Assembly (NCBI RefSeq): GCF_021028975.2
Contig: NC_059431.1
Coordinates: forward strand, 53,072,001 to 53,136,000
Source of the DNA: Sphaerodactylus townsendi
Taxonomy: Eukaryota
Length of the DNA stretch: 64,000 bases
Direction of reading: 5' to 3'
Both the position numbers and the translations under genes were made by a program. Below the pieces are notes generated by a model. The model made no database searches, was not told the origin of the DNA, and saw nothing but the letters and a program-made list of their open reading frames with translations. Shown here in pieces: positions 51,685 to 62,913 of the stretch; the first letter of the stretch is position 1; each line of letters opens with the position of its first letter.

Positions 51685-52806
51685 CAGCTTCCCACTATCC
51701 ATGCTGGGAAAAAATCCTTGAGTGAATGCATCACATGGTGTCTTGTTTTATTTGGTTTCCCCCCTCTTTTTCCTCCTCAGGGAATGGATTTTATTTATTC
51801 TATTAAACACTTTCTTGATGTAACAGCCAAAAGAACCCATTAGATAAGCAGAAATCAGAAGAGGTTGTCTTTTACATATGAAGGCTATTATGTTTTTTTC
51901 TGGACTGCTGTTAATATAGAATGACACCTCCCGTGTTCCTGATAATGACAGCATAACTGTGAAGAGACTGGAATTCATAAATGTAACATCAATTACAAAA
52001 GTTAAATAGTCTTGATAATTTCTGTCTGGAGAAACATTTTGCTTGTTCATATCAGTATGTAGAGAGAAGCAGAGAGCACATAACCTGTGTTTCTCCGGAC
52101 TCCATTCTATTTCCTACATTGGCTTCTAACTACTAGGATTAATTCAGTCAATTTACTACATGGCAACAACATCGCTAAAAATGATGTGAAAAGAATGTAG
52201 ATGACTTCCATAACTGGGCATTGCATTGCATCATGGCAGAGCATAGTTATTTAAATGCCTCCTGTGTCAGAAAGGGGACTTCTTGCACTTCATCCCATTA
52301 AAAGTAGAATTGATTAGAGGGATCCTAAGGGGGGGATCTTGTCCTTCATATTATCTAGTGCAAGCTTCCAAAAGTTCTGTGTCTAACTGCCGAACCACCA
52401 CATGTGGAGACAGAATTTGTAGGCTATGTCTTCTCCTAATTGTTATGGTAAACCCCATAGAGACAAGGAGGGGCTGGCTTTGGCGTCATCTGGAAGTGAC
52501 ATCACAGCATCCACAAATACTGTTCTCCCCGCTCCAGTCTGCTACCATTTGCCAAAACAGTGTTGGGACCTTCAGGCTATTCCTTAAATCTGTTTGTGAA
52601 AACTGAACAAGGTTCAGTTGCTTGGGGGTGGGGGGAAAGGTACTGAGTAACAAGACAGCCCGTTGAAAAGCACCGTCTGTTAACTTTGATAGAAGAAAAT
52701 CTTTGAAAGAACAGTAGAGTGTGTTAGCTGTTTTGAGAAATCAATATCCAAAATTAATAAACTCTATCAAACTTGGGAAAGAGCCAGTCCAAATAGCCAT
52801 ATAGAA

Positions 52807-52808
<2 letters not shown>

Positions 52809-52864
<56 letters not shown>
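52809..52864. repeat. (TG)n microsatellite
   Basis: Read directly. Confidence 0.97.
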
Positions 52865-52867
<3 letters not shown>

Positions 52868-52889
52868 AGACAAAAATGGCTGATCTCCA

Positions 52890-53194
52890 GGAAGTGGCGT
52901 AGGAGGTTAAGAGGTCGTGTATCTAATCTGGAGGAACCGGGTTTGATTTCCAGCTCTGCCGCCTGAGCTGTGGAGGCTTATCTGGGGAATTCAGATTAGC
53001 CTGTACACTCCCACACATGCCAGCTGGGTGACCTTGGGCTAGTCACAGCTTCTCGGAGCTCTCTCAGCCCCACCTTCTTCACAGGGTGTTTGTTGTGAGA
53101 GGGGAAGGGCAAGGAGATTGTAAGCCCCTTTGAGTCTCCTGCGGGAGAGAAAGGGGGGATATAAATCCAAACTCTTCTTATTATTATTCTTCTT
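52890..53194 (+). mobile_element. Full-length tRNA-derived SINE (Squam3-like)
   Basis: A-box-like GTGGCGTAGGAGG, B-box-like GGTTTGATTTCC, body GTGACCTTGGGCTAGTCAC...CTCTCAGCCCCACC, 3' ATATAAATCCAAA plus (CTT/ATT)n tail. Confidence 0.85.
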
Positions 53195-53239
53195 GCCTCT
53201 AGTCAAGCAAGTATTTTATAAGCCCCCCTCCCCAAGTCT

Positions 53240-53700
53240 TAAACCTAACCTGAACTTATTATTTTTCTTTAATTTATTCAGTCATAAATTGATCCCAAAA
53301 TCGTAGCAAAAAATAAATTAAATAAAAAAATTGGTTAGGGTTAAGGCAAGGGCAGGGGCTCAGGCTTGCCTTAGTGTTACGTTGAGTTCTAGGGCGCAGT
53401 CCGAGAATAGTGCTATGGTCAGTTTTAGGTTTTGGGTTTTTGTTACAATGTTGGGAACAATTTTTGACTGAATAAATTAAAGAAAAATAATAAGTTAATA
53501 AGTTAGGGTTGGGCTTCAAGCAAGGGCAAGGGTTACGGCAAAACCTTGAAAGACAAGGGCAGGGGAGTTCTAGGGCGCAGTCCGAGAATAGGGCTATGGT
53601 CAGTTTCACGTTTCGGGTTTTTGTTACAATTTTGGGAACAATTTATGGCTCAATAAATTAAAGAAAATTAATAGGGTTAGGGTTAAGGCAAGGGCAGCAG
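53240..53700. repeat. ~180-bp tandem duplication with an inverted partial copy, containing TTAGGG-like motifs
   Basis: GAGTTCTAGGGCGCAGTCCGAGAATAG at 53384 and 53565; 53243-53312 is the reverse complement of the AT-rich part of the unit. Confidence 0.75.
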
Positions 53701-54104
53701 GTTAGCATTGCCTTATGGAAGGCACACTCCTCTCTCTCTCTCTCTCCCTCTCCGCAGGCTGTGAGAGTAGCACTCTTCCCCCAGCAGAACTCACCAGTAA
53801 TTACATTTTTTTGGGGGGGTGTAACTTACCCAGCAGTAAAGCAGTGTGCATGTTGAAGATGACCTGGCCTTTAAAAAAAAAGTCAAAAAAGTATTTCAAA
53901 AATTCCTCGTTTTTCAATTATTACAGTACATATTTCTGTACTGTTTACTTACCCAAACCTATACTATGGGACCAGCCTAAAAAACCCTAGTTACCCAAAT
54001 ATACAAACTGGCTACACTCAAAGTAGAAATTGATTAAATTATATATTATTTATTTTTGCAAATGAAGATCTCTTTTGAAAAGTTCTTTGAAGTTACATTC
54101 AAAA

Positions 54105-54320
54105 ACTTTATTTACTTCATCCTGTCTCCCCCAATGGAGACTCAAAGTGGCATACATCAGTATCCTCTGCTCCATCTTAACCCCACAACAACCCAGTGAG
54201 GTAGACTAAAAATTGATGATCATCCCAAGGTTTCTCTGCAAGCTTCCACATCATAATACAAATTTGAACCTGGGTCTCCCAGATCCTAGTAGTGCAATGT
54301 TCCAACTACTACACTGCCAT
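54105..54320 (-). mobile_element. Decayed tRNA-derived SINE
   Basis: Plus strand CCCCACAACAACCCAGTGAGGTAG...CCCAAGG...TTTGAACCTGGGTCTCC...ACTACACACTG is the reverse complement of a SINE with a B box. Confidence 0.65.
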
Positions 54321-54562
54321 AGCTGTCTTGTATTATTTGTTATGGTACATATAAATGGTGTTTATCTGCCTTAAATCACCAGGAATGGTGGGTTGTAAAT
54401 ATTTTAATATATAAAAATAATGTTATCATTTTCAGCACGTAGTACACACGTGGAATGAACTGAATGCACTGTCATCACTCATGCTTAGAGTTAAATGAGA
54501 GGACATGCAGCTACACTGAAGACACCTCAGTTTAGTACTAAGAAATATTTTGAAAATGGATA

Positions 54563-55070
54563 CTGTATAAGCAGACTCGTGTATAAGCCGAGGCACCTAA
54601 TTTTATTACCAAAACCTCGGGAAACGTATTGACTCGCGTATAAGCTGAAGGTGGGAAGCCGGGAGGCAGAGGGAGCTCCTTATTTGGGCAGTGACTCCCC
54701 CTGATGTCATTGCCCAAATAAGGAGCTCCCTCCACCTCCTGGCTGGGTTGAGGAAGCCCAGGCAACCAGGAGGTGGAGGGAGCTCCTTATTTGGGCAATG
54801 ACATCAGGGGGAGTCACTGCCCAAATAAGGAGCTCCCTCTGCCTCCCGGGGTTTGAGGAAGCCCAGCCAGCCAGGGTTCCCCTTCACCCTCCAAGGAGGG
54901 CAGCAACAAGCGGCTTGTGCAGCCGCAGGGAGGTCGTCCCAGCCATGCCCCCAGCCTCGGCAGAGGCCTGAAGAGCCGGCTGGTAAGCAGGACTCGTGTA
55001 TAAGCTGAGGGGGCATTTTTCAGCCTTAAAACAGGGCTGAAAAACTTGGCTTATACGCGAGTATATACGG
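54563..55070. mobile_element. Tc1/mariner-superfamily (Tc2/pogo-like) MITE
   Basis: TA-flanked; termini CTGTATA...ACTCGTGTATAAGCCGA / TTGGCTTATACGCGAGTATATACGG; internal repeats of ACTCG(C/T)GTATAAGC. Confidence 0.82.
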
Positions 55071-55347
55071 TAACTACCACTGCTGATTTGTGAGCTCCGA
55101 AGTCCCTCAGACCATGTTTTTCTTGAAAAAAAATTATCTTTTGTCTTCAGTTATATGCCAAAATGATCTTTTGTCTTCAGTTACATGTCACCAACTTTGG
55201 CATGTCTATGCTAGACAAAAGAAGAGCTGTGTTCCATGTGCAGGAAGCACAACTTTCCACACAGAAAAACACATCTCACTGTGACATGCCTGTGAAGATG
55301 TCAGCCACAGATGTGGGCAAAATGTTGGAGCAAAAACTACCAGACAA

Positions 55348-55518
55348 GGCGGTATAATGGTAAAGAGCAGGTGAACTTTAATCTGGAGAACCAGGCTTGA
55401 TTTCTCCTCTTCCACATGAGTGCACCAGATTTGTTTCCCCACTCTTATATTCCTGCTGGGCATCTTGGGCTAATCACAGTTTGTTCAGAACTCTCTCAGC
55501 ACCACCTACCTCACAAGG
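55348..55518 (+). mobile_element. Squam3-like SINE, 5' part (continues at 56865-56970 after an LTR insertion)
   Basis: ...CTCTCTCAGCACCACCTACCTCACAAGG resumes as CAAGGTATCTGTTGTG...GGTATAAATCCAAA, collinear with the intact copy at 52890. Confidence 0.8.
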
Positions 55519-56864
55519 TGTGCAGGCTGGGTGGGTTGGTGTGCTGCCATGGCAACACCACCACTGAGGAGGCTCAGAGGAGCAACAGCTGCAGCAGGGC
55601 TTGAGGCAGGGAGCTACCTTTATGACAGTCTAAGCTAGTAAACAAAGTTCACACAGGCCCATTACGTATGGAACACTGACGTTGAGCCTGTTCTCTGTGC
55701 AGTGGGCTCATAGTGGGTTCTCCTCGCATTTCTCTGTTCACACGATGAGGCAGCCCATGGAATGCAGCGCAGTTTGTCTGCTGAACACTGCTGGATCTCT
55801 GCTTCTCCCGGTTTTCTTCAGAGAAGCAGGAAGGAGCTGGAAGCATGGGGGCAATCAGGGGGAAGGCTCTAGGGCACCTGGCAACTGAGGCTGTGTTGTG
55901 CTGAGGCTGTGCTGGTGGAGGAGAGACTGAACACAGACCTGGCTTAGACAGACATGAGGGGAGGTGTTCTTCCCTCCACCACTAAACATATGAGAGCCAA
56001 TCTGTCAATCTCTTAATCAGTGCACTTAGGGAAGCAGGAAGAAACTGATAGCATGAAGGAGTGAGTGAGAGGGAAGTGTGCAAAGTGTTGCAAGGAAATG
56101 GGAAAGCTGTCCATGGGCAGAGGGAAGATGTCTGGGGCAAAGCTGTGCCCACTGGCAAATCTTTCCTGCTCTGGCAGTGAAGCAAGAATTAAATCGTGCT
56201 ATAAGTGATTTTGCTTGCTGCAAAGAGAATGGGAAGTGAAAGCGAGGCTTCGGAAAATACATCCGTATAGGAAATCTTCCTGTGGTGAACACTGGCCTCC
56301 GCTATTGGCAAAGACTTTGGGTTTAAGTGGCCACACAAATGTATCAGGCCAGTGGGAGGGTCCAGGAAGCAGGGTCAAACAAGCTAGGTAGTCACATGGC
56401 AAGAAACATACACACCGGAGGGGAAGTCAAGGTTGTCAAAAGATGGTCCGAGGTCAAGCCAGAGTCTGGAAGTAGAGCAGTGGAGTGCAGGGAGTGTCAG
56501 GGAAAATGACATGTTGCATCCACAAGTTGGACTTTCACGGCAGTTCATTAAATCCATCTGGGCTGCTTGCACAGGAGGGTTGCTGCAAGGACTCAGCACA
56601 CTCTGCTGCACACTGCCAGCCCTGCAAACATGCTGAGCGTATTCTCTCCTCCAGAACCAACCTAAACGTCTGCTTACAGTGCTGTGTTGTCTGGAGAATC
56701 AGAAGAACTGCTGGCATCTTTCCTGGTACTTCTCATAAGCTCTGAGCTGGGCGTCTGTGACTTTCTGCTCTGTTGACACTGCTGAATTGGCTCTGTGAGA
56801 CTTGAGTAGGACCTCATCTAATGAACTCTCAGTTGTATTGGGAGGGGGGAGGCGGCACATGATA
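55519..56864 (-). mobile_element. Solo-LTR-like insertion (1346 bp) inside a SINE
   Basis: TGTGCAGG...CATGATA termini; 5-bp TSD CAAGG (55514-55518, 56865-56869); left end shared with 40374-41011. Confidence 0.78.
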
Positions 56865-57989
56865 CAAGGTATCTGTTGTGAAGAGAGGAAGGGAAAGGAG
56901 TTTGTAAGCTGCCTTGAATCTCCTTACAGGAGGGAAAGGCAGGGTATAAATCCAAATTCCAATTCCTCCAACAACTTCTCCTCTTCCACATTTTGGAAGC
57001 CTTGAATCAAAATTTGCTGTGATGGCTTTATGCAGGCAAGCTGCACAGACTGAACTTTGTTTCCTCCCACAAACAAGGACTCTGAACTTTCCTAATGACA
57101 TCTATTCTAATGATCACTGTATATCCCTGGTGAACTCTTCACATACTGAAGGGCATCAAATAAAACTCATTTTCTGCCTACAGAGATATGTGTCCCCAAT
57201 CCAACACTCAAATTTTCTTGAGGCTGTAGGCCTTTTACATACCAACCACTCTTCCTTTATTTGCAATTAATAGGCCAGTCAGTTTTATGCACTAACCTCT
57301 GTATCTTATTTTCTCAGCTTTTTTAAAAAAGTAGACATTTAACAACAAATGTTTGATTAAATTTTTTTAAATATTTGAATGAATCACATTCTCAGGTGGC
57401 CTAATTATAATTCCTGACTATAGCTACAGTACAATAAAAAGGGTTGTGGAGTTATTGTGTGTGAAGTGCTATGCACTTGATCTGTTAAGGCCGATATGTT
57501 CCACAGGGTTTCAATGATTACCTCAGTGCTCAAGGGCCCAGGACTAGTTGAATAACACAGAGAGAGCACAATATCTGCATTCTGGATCTCCTGAATGTTA
57601 ATGCAAACAATGTGCTTCGACTTAAATTATGGATTTAAAAAAAGAAAATAAACAAACAGCAGCAGAGTGGTAATGAATACACTTGGCAAGGCCAGTGCTC
57701 ATCAGAATACTGATATGCTATTTTTTTGTCAAAATAGGTAATTTAGAACCAGTTCTTACCTTAATACTGTGATGCATAGCATCTGCTGTGTGGTCCAGTT
57801 TCAAACTGAACTAGTTGCATCAGAAAACAGGATAAGAAGTGACTTGGGCAACTGATAGGGCTATATAACAAAATAGCACTACTTATCTTCTGGTGGCTAT
57901 CAACACTGATGTGGGATGTAGGATAGGATTATCCAGAAATACTCCTATTTTGCAAGAGTAAGGCAAGCCTGGCCCTGGTAGCCCAAATT

Positions 57990-58105
57990 AGCATGAACTC
58001 GTCAGAGCTAACCAGGGAACTCGGAAAATACCAGAGTTAGTACTTGAATGGGAGATCAGAAAGGAAGACTGGGCTGTGATGCCCTGAAAGGCAATGATAA
58101 ACTAT
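57990..58105 (+). mobile_element. 5S-headed SINE remnant overlapping the L1 target duplication
   Basis: CTCGTCAGAGCTAACCAGGG...TTAGTACTTGAATGGGAGA, then AAGGCAATGATAAAC. Confidence 0.6.
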
Positions 58106-58150
58106 GAGGTGGCACTTCAAGAACTTCAACAATATTCCCCTTCCCCACTC
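58063..58150 (+). repeat. 88-bp direct repeat flanking the L1, left copy
   Basis: Identical to 63823-63910 except T58077 vs C63837. Confidence 0.95.
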
Positions 58151-58213
58151 ATATGATAAATAAACAATTCTGTACATTACATACTTGCTATCTCTAAGTA
58201 AACTAACTAACAA

Positions 58214-61200
58214 TCATAAATTATATCTTTGTTTAATAAATGATTTCCACGGGTCCCACTTTGAGTTCCTATCATTCATAGGTTCTATACTTCTTGGTGA
58301 CTGATTAGTCTGCTGCGATAGACTATCCGCAATATGGAATTCTTGAGTTTTGTGGATCCACTCTTCTACGGTTGGTAACGTTGGTAATTTCCAGTGCGAA
58401 GCTATCAATAATCTTGCTACTGATGATAGATAGAGAAAGAGATATAAATCAGGTTTAAATAACTGTAATTCTGCGATTACTGGACTTAAGAGGTAAGTTT
58501 CTTTAGTCATCCTAAATTTTATTCCCAGTATTTTTTGTACATGTTTGTGTATGTGCTTCCAAAATTTCTTAACTTTCTTACAGGACCACCAGGTGTGTAT
58601 AAAGGATCCAACTTTCTCTCCGCATTTCCAGCACATGGGTGAGTAGCTTTTATACATGTTAGCTAGTTTTTGCGGTGTATAGTACCATCTGTAAAACATT
58701 TTTATGTTATTTTCTCTTAAGACGGTACATGGTGTGAAGTTATATATATTTTTCCAATATTTTTCCCAATTCTCTAATTGGATGCTATATCCTATGTTTT
58801 GTGCCCAATTAATCATGGTTGGTTTTATTATATCTTGTTCTGTTTTATGGGTTAGTAGTGTTTTGTAGATCTTACTGATTTGTTTTGTTTCTTCATGTAG
58901 TAATACTTTGTCTAATTCATTTTCCTCCGTTGTAATTTCCCAGTATTTTTGGTCCGATTTAAAGAAGTTATGAAGTTGTTCATAAGTATACCAGTTGCAA
59001 ATTTTTTCTCTAATAATTATTTGTTCTCTGGTTTTGAAGACTACCATTTTGTTATTTTTAAGTGTGAGATCTTTGTATGTTGGCCATTTCTCTTCTAGAT
59101 TATAATCTTTTAGTTGTAACGATTCCATTCTTGATACCCATAAGGGCATTTTCGTATAGAATATTTTTTGGTATTTTTTCCAAGTTTTTAATAATGTTTT
59201 CCTAATATGGTGGTTTTTAAATACTGTTGTTCTTAATACTTTTGTTTTTTGTTGTGGCCACATTTGATTATGCCAACCGGTTGGACATCCATAGCTTTCT
59301 AAATTTAATAAATTATGTTTTTCCAGTGTCATCCATTCACTGATCCATTGTAGCGCGTTAGCGTCGTGGTAAAGTTTGAGGTCTGGAACTGCCAGGCCTC
59401 CCTTTATTTTTTCCTGGATCATATTCACATTTTTGATTTGGGGTTTTTTCCCATTCCATATGAATTTATTTATTTCCTTGTTCCAATTTAATAGTGGTTT
59501 ATCTGTTTCTATTACTGGAATGTTCTGGAATAGATACATTAATTTTGGAAGAACATTGGTCTTTATTATGGCTAGTCTCCCTAGTATTGAAAGATTAATA
59601 TTATTCCATTTGGCCATATCTGTTTTGATCTTATTCCAGAGGGTAAAGTAATTATTTTGGACTAAGTTTTGGTTATTTGTTGTTATCTGGATTCCTAGAT
59701 ATTTCAACTTTTGCTCCACCTTAAATTCAGACATTAACTCCAATTTTTCATTCTCAGCTTTGGTTAAATTTTTGGTTAGTAGCTTGGTTTTACTTTTGTT
59801 TATTTTGAAGCCTGCCACGTCCCCAAATCTTCTAATCTCTTTCAATAGTGGTGGGATGTTGTCAACTGGGTCCTTAATGAAAAATATCATGTCATCCGCA
59901 TATGCTCTGATCTTGTATTTTTTCCCTTTTAGTTCTATACCCTTAATATCGTTGTTTTCTCTAATGTTATTTAGTAATATCTCAACAGCCATGATAAATA
60001 GAAGTGGTGATAGAGGGCATCCTTGACGTGTTCCTCTGAATATACCAATTTCTTGGGATGTTTGATTGTTGAATATTATCTTAGCTGATTGTTGTGAATA
60101 TATTGCCGATATTGCATTATAAAAGGGGCCTTGTACACCTATTGTTGATAATGTTTCTTTTAGGAAGGACCAATTAATTTGGTCAAAAGCTTTCTGTGCA
60201 TCTAATAATAATAGTGCAGCTGGCAAGTCTGGCTTGTGGTCTAGCAATTCAATTATATTTAATACTATTCTAACATTTTGTTTTGTGTTTCTTTTTGGTA
60301 GGAAACCCGCTTGTTCCTCGGAAATAATTTCATTTAGGACCACCTTAAATCTATTTGCTAGCAATAGTGCGAATATTTTGTAGTCCACATTAAGTAAAGA
60401 AATCGGCCTGAAGTCTTCCTTGGTAAGTATATTATCTTTTATTTAATTTGCTTGAATTATTAGAGTGATATTTGCCTCTTGCCATGTTTTAGGTATATTA
60501 CCCCCTGTCATTATATCGTTAAATATGTCTGTTAAGTATGGAGTTAATTGTTGATCAAAAGTTTTATAGTAAATGGCTGAGTAGCCATCTGGCCCTGGCG
60601 CTTTATTATTCTTCAGTATTGATATAGTTCTTACTATCTCATCTTTTGAAATTGGTTGATTTAACATCTTTTGTTGTTCATCTGTTAGTTTATTAAAAGC
60701 TTTATCTTTTATGTAATTTTGTATTTTCCTTATTTTAACTTTTTCTTCCTTGTAAAGGTTTTGGTAGTGTTCCCCAATTATCTGTTCTATTTCTTTGCCA
60801 TTTGTTATGATCTTGTCTTTATTTTTAATTTGTGTTATAATATTTCTTTCGGTATTTTCTCTTATTTGAGCTGTTAACCATTTGCCAGGCTTGTTTGCAT
60901 TATAGAATTCTCTTTGTTTCAGGTACTTTATCTTATTTGTAATTTCTATTATTCTTAGTTGTTCCAATTGGGATTTTATTATTTTAATTTTATTTAGGAT
61001 ATTTTTCTTAGGTTTGTCTTTATCTTGTAAGCTTTATTCTAATTTCCTTACCTCTGATTCTAATCGTAGTTGGTTTTCCCTCCTTTCTTTTCTTTTTTTA
61101 TTTCATATGTAATTATTTCTCCTCTAATAACTGCTTTGTGAGCATCCCAAATTGTATTCTTATCTATCCCGCATGTAATATTATTTTTCCAGTAATCTTC

Positions 61201-62012
61201 CAAAGTGTTAGAAATTTTTTCCTGGAATTTCTTGTCTTTGATCAACCATTCTTTAAGTCTCCAGTGGTGTGTATGTTTGGTTTCTGATAGTTCCCAGCTA
61301 ACTGGGTTGTGATCTGAGAGAATTCTCGGTAATATGTCAATTTTTTTTGTTTTGTTACAGAGGAAGCCAGAGGCCCAGATCATATCCAGCCTGGAGTGTC
61401 CCCCATGGCGGCCTGAGAAGAATGTATATCCCCGGCCATTAAGTTCTTTCTCTCTCCAGATATCGTGTAGTTTAAGTGTATCTATTAAATTAAAGAAAGA
61501 TTTTGGCAATTTTCCATTTGTTGGTTTCTGTTTCTTCAATTTTGCCGGTTTAGAATTGGCCAATTTCTTGTCTAAGATTGGATCTACAAACCCATTATAG
61601 TCACCCATAAGTATCCAATGATCATAATTGAGATCCAATAAAGTATCATTTAATTTTGAATAGAAGTTAGCTTTATTGGTATTGGGGGCATATATCCCTA
61701 CTACCAGTATGAGTTTATTGTCCTGTTGGATCTCAATTGCCAAAAATCGTGCTTCTGAGTCGTTTAGTATTAATTTAGCTTTCAGGGTATTTTTCACAAA
61801 AATAGCTATCCCCCCTTTTTTTTGGGGTAGTTGGTGTGGAATAGTGTACCTAGTTTACGCCATTGTATGAATTTTTCGTCTCCGGTTTTGAGGTGGGTCT
61901 CCTGTAAACATAATAAATCATTGTTACATTTGCTAAAGTAGTTCAGTACATTTCTGCGTTTCCTTGGGTTATTTAAGCCGTTAATGTTACACGTGGTTAG
62001 TTTTCTAAGCAT
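58214..62012 (-). pseudogene. L1 ORF2 (APE endonuclease, RT, CCHC), disrupted
   Basis: NINGLN, QETH, GDYNG, SRLD, SDHNP; GTRQGCPLSP, YADD; CWKC...HTWWSC. Frameshifts near 61810, 61085 and 60455, and an in-frame TAA at 61034-61036. Confidence 0.93.
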
Positions 62013-62103
62013 CTTACTGAGCAGTCACACAGGAAATGGGGTTAGTTAATTGCAAGGTTAATACATCAAATATATATAAGGTTAAGACAAAACAGTATTA
62101 TAC

Positions 62104-62913
62104 CTATTCTTCTTCCTGGAGCAGATCTTTCTGATTTCTGAATAGGAAGTCCTGGGCCTTTGCTGCTGAGTCAATGAAATGTTTCTTTGATTTATATTCA
62201 AATATCACCCCTTCAAGATCTGCCCATTTGAATATAATTTCATTGTCTCTCAGAACTTTGGTGAGTTTGGCATAAGTTCTGCGTTTCCGTAGCAGATGGT
62301 TGGGGATTTCTTTTAATACCTTTATGACAGTTCCATCAATAGTTATTTTCTGAGCTGAATGGGTCTTCAGTATTAGATTCCTCATAGACCTGCGTACACA
62401 ATTTAGTATGATATCTCTTGGTACTTTATTTTCTTTTGCATACCGTGAATTAATTCTGTAAAGTTGATCTATCTCTCTGCAAGCCTCGTCTTCTGAAAGT
62501 TCCCAAATTTCAGCTAGCATGGGTATAATTTTCCCCACCAGATGTTCTTTTGGTTTTTCTGGAACACCACGCAGTCTTAGCATTGTTTCTTTTTGTTTCA
62601 GTTCAATAAGGGCAAGTTGGTCAGCATAGTCCGCATTCCATTGTTGGATGTTTCCAACTTTGTCTTCTAGATTTGTAATCCGTTGTGCATTGTCTTTGAC
62701 AGAGTCTGCCAGAATTTTCATAGACTCCTCCATTTTTTTTATATGGCAAGTGTCTTTCTTTACTTCTGAAATGTCAGTTTCTATTTTTTCAAATTTTTCT
62801 AGCAATAGGTCCAGGCGCTGATTTAATTCAGTATTTTTCTCAGGGGTTTTCCCATCTAGTGAGCCTGAGCTTTTAATCAAGGAGGTGGCAGTATTTTTCC
62901 TTGTGTTTGCCAT
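62104..62913 (-). CDS. L1 ORF1p (coiled coil, RRM, CTD), open frame of 269 aa from the first ATG
   Basis: Heptad-rich N-terminal half, LRLRGVPE, PRDII, LRKRR motifs; located just upstream of ORF2. Confidence 0.88.
   Translation of the reverse strand: MANTRKNTATSLIKSSGSLDGKTPEKNTELNQRLDLLLEKFEKIETDISEVKKDTCHIKKMEESMKILADSVKDNAQRITNLEDKVGNIQQWNADYADQLALIELKQKETMLRLRGVPEKPKEHLVGKIIPMLAEIWELSEDEACREIDQLYRINSRYAKENKVPRDIILNCVRRSMRNLILKTHSAQKITIDGTVIKVLKEIPNHLLRKRRTYAKLTKVLRDNEIIFKWADLEGVIFEYKSKKHFIDSAAKAQDFLFRNQKDLLQEEE

Noticed and set aside
53330-53690. Interstitial telomere
   Set aside because: At most two consecutive TTAGGG-like units, embedded in a longer complex repeat.
59376-61870. Plus-strand ORFs within the L1
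   Set aside because: Antisense shadows of ORF2 with no independent coding signal.
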